Below are positions 27,301 to 35,554 of a DNA stretch of 48,755 nucleotides, in pieces. Source of the stretch: Saprospiraceae bacterium (GTDB lineage Bacteria; Bacteroidota; Bacteroidia; Chitinophagales; Saprospiraceae); contig JAHDFV010000002.1 of assembly GCA_020627985.1 (NCBI GenBank), positions 1-48,755 on the forward strand, given 5' to 3'. The notes below the pieces were generated by a model, which was not told where the DNA came from, ran no database searches, and was given only the letters and a program-made list of their open reading frames with translations. A program made the translations under genes and the position numbers. How positions within the stretch are numbered: position 1 is the first letter of the stretch; each line of letters opens with the position of its first letter.

Positions 27301-29357
27301 CCTTTGTTTTCAATAAAGACGTAGTCTTCACTCAAAGTAGATTCTACTTCGAAAATTCTATTGGTATTACATCCAATAGCATAAAAGAAAGGATACTTCC
27401 CATCGTTTTGATATTCATTCGGATTCCCTAAATCAAAATCTAATGTACTAGGAGCTGAGTGTCCAAAAAAGGTTAACATTCCTGCACCTTCATTAATTAA
27501 AGGGACTACTTGATCTAAAGGAACTTCACCAATTACACCTGTAGAATTTTTGAAGAATGAAACAACATCTGCAGCCATTTCACTGACTTCAATAGAATCT
27601 TTTAATTCGTTTAATTCACTTTTAATGAAATTCTGAATGTCTTCATCTCCTCCTCCAAAATGAAGGATTCTTTTCATCCAAGCTCTTTCATTATATGTAT
27701 GACCGTTTATGATTTGAGCATTTTCGTATTCTATAACTTTATCAAGATATAGTTTTAATTGTCCTGCATCTTTACAAGCTAATCTCCCTACTCCCATTGC
27801 TGGAGAAAAGGAATTATTGGGTGTAACAAATAGATGATCTGAAGAAGGAAAACCGAAAGAAGGAACAAATGAAAATTGTGCCCATTCGTTTGCTTCAGTT
27901 CTCATTTTATCATAAATCACACCTTTACCTATCAAGTATAAAAGTTTAGGCGCCCAAGATATTTCAGCTTTTTTCATAAAATTTTTGATCGCCATTTCAT
28001 GACGTTCAATTCCATATCCAAACTGATCATATATTTGTGTTACATCAGCAATCAAAGGAGTATATTCTCCACCAGGTAGTGTTGCTCTATAATTTGCATA
28101 TTCTTGAATATAATTATTACCATTCCCATCATCATAAAAATATGGATGAGTGACCATGATGTAATCATAATTCCCATTTGCGAAATCATATTCTATGAAA
28201 TCTCTTTTAGCTATTGAATTTACATTACTAATTGCATTTGGATGATATAGTACTAATTTTCTATCTCCTGTCCTATCTGGTAAAACGGCTTTAATTGTAG
28301 ATCCTGTTACTGTTGTGATTACTCTTAGGTTATTCGTAATATCCATTAAGATTGGAGCATTCCCAGAAACATCAAAATTGTTTATTTCTAAATATCTTTT
28401 ACCAGAAGCGGCAGGCAAAGAGAATTCAGCATAATTGCTTCCATTAAATTGAAGCAGTCGTGGATATTCTACTGTTAAATAAGCTAAATGAAATTTATCT
28501 TCTGGAGAATTTGATGCTGTTAATGTAAATGTATTATTACCAACGTTTAAATCCGATGATGGTATTTCAACATTATAATTTTTCATTTGCCAATTGGTAA
28601 ATGATTCATCATATATATTACTTCCATTCAAACTAAGTGCTACATCATGAGCTATTGGTGAAACCGAATAAAAACGTGTTTCAACTTTAGCTGTACCTGA
28701 GGCAATATCGTTTAAAGATAGATTTACATTAAGATTTGCGACTTTGGAACTACCATAACCTTCACCTTCATCGAAACCACATTTCCATGAAGAAGAGCCA
28801 TAATCCCTTCCATTTACATTTTTAGAATTATAAACGGCTGAAGCTTCATAATTACAAAATGATTCTGCTGTTGGAGGATTTTGTAAATCGTTTGCAATCC
28901 CTTGAATTGATGTTACTGGACTACTATTCCAAGTTAAGAAATAAGTAGATTCATCTGTAAACATGCTATACTCTGGATTCAATTGATCACTAGGACTAAC
29001 ATATAAATGCTGATCTATTTCACCTCTATTTTTTACTCCATAAAATTCTATAAAGTCATTCGTTCCGAAGCTTCCTGAAGTAGATACATAAGTGGAAACA
29101 ATTTTTCCATTACGATAAAGTTTAAAATCACTTCCTGTTGGAACATTAGATTCAGAAAACACACCTGCATTCACTAAATCCTGAAAAGAAAGTTGATATA
29201 TTCCATCTTCGGCTACATTTATCTTATAATACGATTGATTATAATTGATCCATTCATTTCCATATAATGTTTGTCCATTCACATCCATTTGAGCAGAAAT
29301 AGATGAAATTAAACCAAAAATAAGGAATAAGGAAAGAATAAAAATTCTAAAATTCAT
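24354..29357 (-). CDS. very large secreted C25 (gingipain-like) cysteine-peptidase-domain protein with a T9SS-type C-terminal domain
   Basis: Start chosen at MNFRIFILSLFLIFGLISSISAQ. The central region has a His/Cys pair in C25-like context (FFGHSAP...YAIGCNTN). The C-terminus (NYPNPFS...IMTVSGKIV...WDGTDEYGDKLANGVYVYRV) resembles the FlgD-Ig/T9SS sorting domain. Confidence 0.65.
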   Translation of the reverse strand: MNFRIFILSLFLIFGLISSISAQMDVNGQTLYGNEWINYNQSYYKINVAEDGIYQLSFQDLVNAGVFSESNVPTGSDFKLYRNGKIVSTYVSTSGSFGTNDFIEFYGVKNRGEIDQHLYVSPSDQLNPEYSMFTDESTYFLTWNSSPVTSIQGIANDLQNPPTAESFCNYEASAVYNSKNVNGRDYGSSSWKCGFDEGEGYGSSKVANLNVNLSLNDIASGTAKVETRFYSVSPIAHDVALSLNGSNIYDESFTNWQMKNYNVEIPSSDLNVGNNTFTLTASNSPEDKFHLAYLTVEYPRLLQFNGSNYAEFSLPAASGKRYLEINNFDVSGNAPILMDITNNLRVITTVTGSTIKAVLPDRTGDRKLVLYHPNAISNVNSIAKRDFIEYDFANGNYDYIMVTHPYFYDDGNGNNYIQEYANYRATLPGGEYTPLIADVTQIYDQFGYGIERHEMAIKNFMKKAEISWAPKLLYLIGKGVIYDKMRTEANEWAQFSFVPSFGFPSSDHLFVTPNNSFSPAMGVGRLACKDAGQLKLYLDKVIEYENAQIINGHTYNERAWMKRILHFGGGDEDIQNFIKSELNELKDSIEVSEMAADVVSFFKNSTGVIGEVPLDQVVPLINEGAGMLTFFGHSAPSTLDFDLGNPNEYQNDGKYPFFYAIGCNTNRIFEVESTLSEDYVFIENKGCIGFFGATWITSLGSLSQYAREFYDNVGNDEYGATLGKIIKTTIDDYSQSSSYTAELLRNSLVLHGDPAVKLYPYETPDYIVNDVESNIDPSIVNIQEDSFDLNLVVTNLGKGIRDSFNILLQNELPNGTLINLGTRRIEAPNFQRTYVFRLPIQPTNSIGSNYIQISLDYDDEIFEDPAAAESNNFAKVPFFVVSNDIFPVYPYDFSIISDNDPILKASTANVFSETLDYYFEIDTTELFNSPLNESTVITESGGVLDWNPAIPMIDSTVYYWRVSIDSTAIAGNGFNWHNSSFVYIDANPPGWNQSHYYQFIKDDFNDYEIDPVSRTQSYGDQEKQIAVVNNSYPNLGWIEIALFEEGFKEITAWPCPGHNEVIIMAIYDPVTLTRRVNPSNGMGAAPNCWDVPIDWFIFYSDSPAERAKIMNTLNTVAQDDDYVIFYNVFRENNPQNLDVNNWAADSISNSNGENIFNLLEAQGASQIRNLETEVTPYIFAYQKNNTEFSPIELIGQDPSDEVEASFAIKGLGVEGWMYSTEIGPASSWETLLWNVDDYDPTTESVEVDIMGISANGTETLVMDNISVFNQPLSTIDAALYPNIKLIYHSQDTIGHTTPQLDYWRVHYVPIPEAALVPNKLFTFQSDTLEQGAPLEIAIGIENISDVDMDSLLMSYTIIGSDNSQVITTDRIKPLVKGDMIVGELTYDTRNLTGLNRIIIEANPNDDQVELHHYNNIGIREFFINNDQRNPLLDVTFDGRRIMDGDLVASSPEIIISLLDENPYLALSDTSLLRVFLTDPENNVSEYYVDGSTLIFFPADANNLSQENKAKMEFRPSLTIDGIYELEVRGKDATGNNSGDLAYRVQFEIVNEELVSNMLNYPNPFSTSTQFVFTLTGNELPDYMKIQIMTVSGKIVREITMDELGPLRIGDNITEYKWDGTDEYGDKLANGVYVYRVVVKKDGEDYEKYDTGTNKFFKQGFGKMMILR

Positions 29358-29445
29358 TGTAAAAGACTTAAGTTTACTTGTACTCATATTTAAACGAGAG
29401 TAAAGTAAAATCTGTTGCAAAAAAAATTCACTTTAAGTTATGTTG

Positions 29446-29453
29446 TATCTTTG
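29446..29453 (+). promoter_or_regulatory. -7 box (TATCTTTG) upstream of the wzm operon
   Basis: Perfect TAnnTTTG match. It implies a ~160-nt leader before the ATG at 29619. Confidence 0.35.
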
Positions 29454-29618
29454 TGTCTTTCAACCGTCAAAACTCTTACGTTTTAGTAAAGGAAGACCAT
29501 ATTTAAAGATAACCAAAATCATTCCACTTATTAAACATTAAGATAATATTAAAAAGGTAAACTAGTTTAAATTCAAACTAATTCTCTTTTAAAAGCAAGT
29601 AAATTTTAACTTAATATC

Positions 29619-30473
29619 ATGTCACAAATAGAAAAACGTATAGAATACGACATTATACCTCCAGATCAATTGAAGCTGGGGTTTAATGAATTGTGGAGAT
29701 ATCGAGAATTGTTTTATTTTTTTACCTGGAGAGATATCAAGGTAAAATATAAGCAAACATTGCTTGGTTTTTTGTGGGCTATATTACAGCCGTTGGCCTT
29801 AATGAGTATTTTCGTTTTTTTCTTTTCGAAATTATTAAAGATTCCAACAGATGGCTTACCTCCAGTCATTTTTTATTTTAGTGGTCTTTTGTTATGGAAT
29901 CTATTTAGTAGTGCTCTTTCAGGATCTTCAAATAGCATGGTAGAAAATGCTAATATTATCAAGAAAGTATATTTCCCACGTTTGATTATTCCAATATCTT
30001 CCATACTTGCTTCTTTCTTTGATTTCATCATGGCATTTATCATATTTTTATGCGTAATCGCTTATTATTCTTTTTCTGGAAGTCTTAGTTTTTCTATCAT
30101 ACAATGTTTAATGTATTTTTCCTTAGGATTGCTCTTAACCTTAATCACCACTTTTGGCTTGGGTTCATTGTTTGCTTCATTAAATGTAAAGTATCGAGAC
30201 TTTAGATATATCATTCCTTTCTTGATTCAGTTTTTAATGTTTATTAGTCCTGTTATCTATCCCATATCTATTTTGAAAGACTTTGTTTGGGCAAAATATT
30301 TATTCGCTTTAAATCCTTTGACTGGAGCATTAAATCTAGCTCGTGCAGGTTTTAATTCAACACTACCAGATTGGACATTAATTGGAATTAGTTTTTTATC
30401 CGCTGTTTTTCTTTTCATTATTGGGCTTTTCGTATTTAGAAAAACGGAATCGTATTTCGCTGATTTAGCTTAA
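29619..30473 (+). CDS. wzm: ABC-2 type polysaccharide export permease (Wzm/TagG-like)
   Basis: 284 aa with six predicted TM segments. The ABC-2 signature region is FLWAILQPL, and the gene is near an ATPase partner. Confidence 0.85.
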   Translation: MSQIEKRIEYDIIPPDQLKLGFNELWRYRELFYFFTWRDIKVKYKQTLLGFLWAILQPLALMSIFVFFFSKLLKIPTDGLPPVIFYFSGLLLWNLFSSALSGSSNSMVENANIIKKVYFPRLIIPISSILASFFDFIMAFIIFLCVIAYYSFSGSLSFSIIQCLMYFSLGLLLTLITTFGLGSLFASLNVKYRDFRYIIPFLIQFLMFISPVIYPISILKDFVWAKYLFALNPLTGALNLARAGFNSTLPDWTLIGISFLSAVFLFIIGLFVFRKTESYFADLA

Positions 30474-30479
30474 AGTGCA

Positions 30480-31625
30480 ATGAAGTCAAATCATTCAATA
30501 TCATTTTATACAAGGATAAAACAAGGAATCAAAAACATTCTATTCGTTTCGATTCCTACCTTTATTTTCATTCTATTGATTATTGAAATTATTTTACACT
30601 TTCTACCTATTTCCGATCATCCTACATTTGCTTTTGAACCTGAATTTAAAATTCGAAAATTTGATCCAAGTTGGAAATCAGAAGGAAATCATTCTATTGG
30701 AAAATTTTGTAAACATCCTTCAACTTGGAACGTAAATAATCAAGGTTGGATCAATAAAAAAGATTATTTAGCTTTAAAAAATAAACATAGAATTGCAGTA
30801 ATTGGAGATTCTTATGTGCAAGCCATGCAAGTAAATTCGAACGAAGCATTTCATCAAATTTTAGAAACGGAATTAGATTCTTTTGATGTATATAGTTTTG
30901 GAATTAGCGGAGCTCCTCTTTCTCAATATTACCATATGGCTAAATATGCTCAAAAACATTTTCAACCTGATATTTATATTTTTAATTTAATTCATAATGA
31001 CTTTGATGAAAGTTTATCTTCTTTAAATGGAGATAAAAGAGAATTTTGGACTCTCACAGCTCAAAATGATTCCACTTTTACTTGGAGAGCGCCAATAGAT
31101 CGTACTCAAAATAGCTCCTTGAAATCTTTTATTAAAAGAAGTGCTATCTTTCGGTATTTGAATTATAATATTAATATTAGAGCGATCATTGTCCATCAAC
31201 GGACTGTGAATGCTATGAAGAAGAATGGCGAATTGGATACAATGCTTCCATTTGAAGATAATATTAATGTAAGTCAACTAATACGTGAACAAAAAAAAAT
31301 ATCTGAATCCATCCAATTTATTTTCCAAGAAATTGCACAAACTTTTAAAGGAAAAAAAATTATAGTATTAATGGATGGTCAAAGGGAATTTATTTATAAA
31401 AATAAATTAGCAGAAAGTAATACTACTTTACTCAATCAAATGGTAAAAGAAGCTAGCCTTTTAGAAAATTTTGATTATATCGATTTAAGCCCATTATTTG
31501 AACAAGATTACAAAGAGAATAAAACTTCTTTTAATTTTGAGGAAGATTATCATTGGAATGAATATGGACATCATTTTGTTGCTCAAATTTTAAAAAAGCA
31601 TTTAACTCAAGTAGAAATAAAATAA
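30480..31625 (+). CDS. membrane-anchored SGNH/GDSL-like hydrolase or acyltransferase
   Basis: One N-terminal TM helix, GDS block I (AVIGDSYV), FGISGA, NLIHND and a C-terminal DYHW...GH block. Confidence 0.55.
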   Translation: MKSNHSISFYTRIKQGIKNILFVSIPTFIFILLIIEIILHFLPISDHPTFAFEPEFKIRKFDPSWKSEGNHSIGKFCKHPSTWNVNNQGWINKKDYLALKNKHRIAVIGDSYVQAMQVNSNEAFHQILETELDSFDVYSFGISGAPLSQYYHMAKYAQKHFQPDIYIFNLIHNDFDESLSSLNGDKREFWTLTAQNDSTFTWRAPIDRTQNSSLKSFIKRSAIFRYLNYNINIRAIIVHQRTVNAMKKNGELDTMLPFEDNINVSQLIREQKKISESIQFIFQEIAQTFKGKKIIVLMDGQREFIYKNKLAESNTTLLNQMVKEASLLENFDYIDLSPLFEQDYKENKTSFNFEEDYHWNEYGHHFVAQILKKHLTQVEIK

Positions 31626-31631
31626 CCATCA

Positions 31632-32819
31632 TTGAATATTATAGAAGCTCAACATATTTCGAAAAAATATAAAATTGGAAATAGGGAACATTACCTAAGT
31701 CTAAGGGATTCTATCATTCATTTTGGACAGAATCTTATAAAAGGAAATAAAAAAGAATTTTGGGCTTTAGATGATATTTCATTTTCGGTATCTGAAGGAG
31801 AATGCTTAGGTGTGATTGGTCACAATGGTGCAGGGAAATCAACTTTACTTAAAATACTTTCTCAAATTACTCCTCCTACAAAAGGAAAAATAAAAATGAG
31901 AGGACGAGTCGCTAGTTTACTTGAAGTAGGAACTGGTTTTCATCCTGAACTAACTGGACGAGAAAACATTTTTTTAAATGGTTCTATTCTTGGAATGCGG
32001 AAATGGGAAATAAAAAAGCAATTTGATGAGATTGTTGATTTTAGTGGTGTGGAAGAATTTTTAGAAACTCCATTAAAACATTATTCGAATGGAATGCAAT
32101 TGCGTTTGGCTTTTGGTGTTGCAGCACATCTAGAACCAGAAATTCTGATCATTGATGAAGTACTTGCTGTTGGGGATGCCGCTTTTCAAAAAAAATGCCT
32201 TCAAAAAATGGATGCGGTAAGTCAGAGTGGTCGGACGATTGTTTTCGTCAGTCATAATATGGAAGCCATTACTCGTTTGTGTCCTAAAAGTATTTTATTG
32301 GAAAAAGGAAAAATTGTAGATAAAGGGAATTCAAATAATATCATTCATTTGTATGAAAAAAGAATTGGCAACGATTTAGAATATCAAATTAATTCCATTC
32401 ATACTGATATTTTAGGAATGATAAGTATCGAACATTTTTCATTAGAATTAAATGAAGGGAATATCCGAACGACTTTAAGATTAAATGGGCAGTTGGATAA
32501 AATCACCTCAATTGTTTATCCGATTTATTCTTCAGGAGGTCAAAGAATTTCATTAGTTGATTTACGAGAAGAAGTATTGCCTTATTTAAAAAATAATCCT
32601 CATTTAAAAACGATAGAAGTTTCAACGACAATTCAAACTTCTCATTTTGTTGAAGGCACTTATTCTTTAGCAATCAGTGTGCAAGTGAATCATAATTATT
32701 GGGCTGAAAATAAAAAAATTAGTTTCCCTGTAAAAGAAAGAGAACATAAAAAGTATGCGCCATATTTAGCAGCACATAGAGGATTTTTTGAAACAGATTC
32801 TGTTACAGAAATTAAGTAA
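31632..32819 (+). CDS. wzt: polysaccharide ABC exporter ATP-binding protein (Wzt/TagH-like) with a C-terminal extension
   Basis: Walker A (GHNGAGKST), a signature-region equivalent (YSNGMQLRL) and Walker B (ILIIDE). An extra ~145-aa beta-rich C-terminal domain is present. TTG start. Confidence 0.85.
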   Translation: MNIIEAQHISKKYKIGNREHYLSLRDSIIHFGQNLIKGNKKEFWALDDISFSVSEGECLGVIGHNGAGKSTLLKILSQITPPTKGKIKMRGRVASLLEVGTGFHPELTGRENIFLNGSILGMRKWEIKKQFDEIVDFSGVEEFLETPLKHYSNGMQLRLAFGVAAHLEPEILIIDEVLAVGDAAFQKKCLQKMDAVSQSGRTIVFVSHNMEAITRLCPKSILLEKGKIVDKGNSNNIIHLYEKRIGNDLEYQINSIHTDILGMISIEHFSLELNEGNIRTTLRLNGQLDKITSIVYPIYSSGGQRISLVDLREEVLPYLKNNPHLKTIEVSTTIQTSHFVEGTYSLAISVQVNHNYWAENKKISFPVKEREHKKYAPYLAAHRGFFETDSVTEIK

Positions 32820-32821
32820 GA

Positions 32822-33532
32822 ATGGCTTACCATCACGATAAAAAAATACACAATAAAAATTCAGCTCAGGAAATAATTCCTTTGCTCTTTAATATTTTCC
32901 CAAGTATTAATAGTGTTGCGGATGTTGGCTGTGGTCTAGGTGAATGGCTTGCCGTTTTTAAAGAAAAAGGCGTTTCTGAAATTCTAGGAATTAATGGTGA
33001 TTGGACAAATATAGATGAGCTATATTTTGATAAAAAAGATTTAAAAATTTGGGATTTAACTCAACCATTAAAAATTGCAAAAAAGTATGATTTAGTTTTA
33101 TGTTTAGAAGTAGCTGAACATTTACCTGAATCTGCAGCTGATACCATTGTTGAAACCTTATCTCAATTAGGTAACAATATTATCTTTTCTGCAGCGATTC
33201 CTCATCAGGGAGGTCAAAATCATTTAAATGAACAATGGCCAGAATATTGGGCAGATAAATTTAAAAAACATGGATTTTATTTTCATGATTGTATTCGGCC
33301 TATTATTTGGGATAATGCATCAATTTTCCCTTGGTATCGCCAAAATATGTTTTTAGTTTCGAACCAAGAACAAGATTATGAGAATCAATATTTAAATATT
33401 GCACATCCTGAATTATATGAAAAGAAAATGAAACGTATTTTAAATGGCACGATGGGTTTACGTTTCGGATTTCATGTTTTTAAACAATCTCTTTATTCTT
33501 TTATTCGCAGAAAAATAAATGGAAAACCTTAG
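32822..33532 (+). CDS. class I SAM-dependent methyltransferase
   Basis: Motif I (VADVGCGLGEW) and post-I/II motifs (LVLCLEVAEHL). Confidence 0.8.
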   Translation: MAYHHDKKIHNKNSAQEIIPLLFNIFPSINSVADVGCGLGEWLAVFKEKGVSEILGINGDWTNIDELYFDKKDLKIWDLTQPLKIAKKYDLVLCLEVAEHLPESAADTIVETLSQLGNNIIFSAAIPHQGGQNHLNEQWPEYWADKFKKHGFYFHDCIRPIIWDNASIFPWYRQNMFLVSNQEQDYENQYLNIAHPELYEKKMKRILNGTMGLRFGFHVFKQSLYSFIRRKINGKP

Positions 33533-34499
33533 AGGCATATCAATTATTATTTGCTGTTACAATAGTATTTCTAGAATAAAAAAAACACTAGAACATATTG
33601 CGGCTCAAAAAATATCAGATTCATTTTCTGTTGAAGTTTTATTAATCGATAATAACTCTAATGATGGTACTTCAGCATTTGCAAAAAAGGTATGGAATAA
33701 TTTAGATTGTAGTTTCCCTTTCAAAATACTATTAGAAAAAAATCAAGGTTTAAGTCATGCTCGGATTCTTGGGTTTAATAAAGCGAAATATGAATTTATT
33801 TTATTTTGCGATGATGACAATTGGCTCAATAATGATTATGTCCAAAATGCATTTCATTTTATTTCGAATAATAAAAAGGCGGGCGTGATTGGTGGTTGGG
33901 GTAAAGCTGCTTCGGATCATAATTTACCTGAATGGTTTTATCAAACTAATGCATATGGTATCGGTAGGCCCATACCGTCTTCAGGAGAAACTGATCGACT
34001 TGAGCACATGATTTATGGTGCAGGTATGATTATTAGAAAATCAATATATTTTAAATTAATACAAGCGGGATTTTCTTTTCAATTAACGGGTAGAAAAGGT
34101 GACAAAGTTTCTGGAGGAGAAGATATTGAATTGTTTTATGCGATACTTATTGCTGGAAATTCCATTTTATTTGATGATCGGCTTATATTTCAACATTATA
34201 TTCCTAAAGAAAGACTTTCAGAAAAATACATCAAAGATCTTTCTTTTTATGGTATAAAAAACAGTGCTGTTATTAGTGCCTACTATCATGAATATAAAAA
34301 ATATCCTTGCCATTCATTCTTTTATTATACTTGGATTTTAAAATCATTATTTTCTTCCAAACCAAAAAAAGAATTACATCCTTTTATAAAATCTATTCAA
34401 AATAACAACAGAAAAGAATCTCTTCGATATATAAGAAACAATAAGAAAGAATATTTTGATACTAGAAAAAAAATTAAGGCATGGACGAAGCTTCTTTAA
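33519..34499 (+). CDS. glycosyltransferase family 2
   Basis: GT-A N-terminal pattern (ISIIICCYNS...IDNNSNDGT...FCDDDN). Confidence 0.85.
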   Translation: MENLRGISIIICCYNSISRIKKTLEHIAAQKISDSFSVEVLLIDNNSNDGTSAFAKKVWNNLDCSFPFKILLEKNQGLSHARILGFNKAKYEFILFCDDDNWLNNDYVQNAFHFISNNKKAGVIGGWGKAASDHNLPEWFYQTNAYGIGRPIPSSGETDRLEHMIYGAGMIIRKSIYFKLIQAGFSFQLTGRKGDKVSGGEDIELFYAILIAGNSILFDDRLIFQHYIPKERLSEKYIKDLSFYGIKNSAVISAYYHEYKKYPCHSFFYYTWILKSLFSSKPKKELHPFIKSIQNNNRKESLRYIRNNKKEYFDTRKKIKAWTKLL

Positions 34500-35554
34500 T
34501 TTCTGTATTAATGCCAGTTTATAATGCTGAAAAATATTTAAAACAATCTATTGAAAGCATTTTAAATCAAAGTTATTCTAATTTTGAATTTATTATTTTT
34601 GATGATGCTTCAACAGATTCGTCTTTATCTATAATTCAATCTTACGAAGACCCTAGAATTAAAATCATCTCTTCTAAAACAAACAAAGGATATTTGATTC
34701 ATTTAAACCATGGATTATCTATCGCACAAGGTGAATATATTGCCAGAATGGATGCAGATGATATTTCTCATTCAGATCGTTTCCAATTGCAAATTGATTT
34801 TTTAAAACGCAATGAAGATCATGCTTTAGTTGGCACTAATTATAATTATATTAATGAAGAAGGTCATCCCATTTCTTATATTCAAAAACCTTTTCTCTAT
34901 AAAGACAATTCTGATATCCAGATTTACTCCTTATTTTATAATCCCTTCTTACACCCAAGCATCATGCTGCGACGTAAAGACATTTTAGAATTGCAATTAA
35001 AATACAATCCTAAATTTTACGTCACTGAAGATTTTCATTTTTGGACACATTTATTATTTAAAAAGAAAGGAGCAAACTTACCTCAAGAATTAATTTCATA
35101 TCGGATTCACAAAAATCAAATCACAAAAACTTCTTCGAAGCAACAACAAAGTGCTTTAAAAAAATTAATACCTATTATTTTAGAAAAAAAGGGTATTCCT
35201 TTTACAGAGAACGATGCTTTACTACACTCTTATATTCCCCTCAGCTTACATTCTACTTTATCATACTCTACCATTAAAGAAATAGAAGAATGGTTACTCA
35301 AAATAAGAGCACATTTTTATAAAAAAAACGAAAAAGAAACCATTAATAAAATAATTGAGCAGGTTTGGTTTTTTACTTGCAGAAAGGGTAAAGGAGAAGG
35401 ATTGAAACTTTTTAAATTATACAAAAAAAGCACTCTTTCTTTTAATGAGGATAAAAAAAAGAGCCAGCAGATTTTTCTACTCGCTCTTTTTGGAAACATT
35501 AAGCTCTTGAAAAAGATAGGAAGAAAAATCTCTTTTCTATTCCCAAAGATTTAA
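34481..35554 (+). CDS. glycosyltransferase family 2
   Basis: ISVLMPVYNAEKYL...IIFDDASTD...ARMDADD (DxD). Confidence 0.85.
   Translation: MDEASLISVLMPVYNAEKYLKQSIESILNQSYSNFEFIIFDDASTDSSLSIIQSYEDPRIKIISSKTNKGYLIHLNHGLSIAQGEYIARMDADDISHSDRFQLQIDFLKRNEDHALVGTNYNYINEEGHPISYIQKPFLYKDNSDIQIYSLFYNPFLHPSIMLRRKDILELQLKYNPKFYVTEDFHFWTHLLFKKKGANLPQELISYRIHKNQITKTSSKQQQSALKKLIPIILEKKGIPFTENDALLHSYIPLSLHSTLSYSTIKEIEEWLLKIRAHFYKKNEKETINKIIEQVWFFTCRKGKGEGLKLFKLYKKSTLSFNEDKKKSQQIFLLALFGNIKLLKKIGRKISFLFPKI

Noticed and set aside
24354-29357. Calling the C25-domain protein the T9SS sortase PorU
   Set aside because: There is no adjacent porV, and the protein is much longer than typical PorU. By eye I cannot discriminate PorU from other C25 proteins, so I kept the generic call.
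29558-29569. 12-bp perfect palindrome TAAACTAGTTTA about 50 nt upstream of wzm
   Set aside because: It is AT-rich and short, so it is expected fairly often by chance in this composition. There is no second copy and no cognate regulator nearby.
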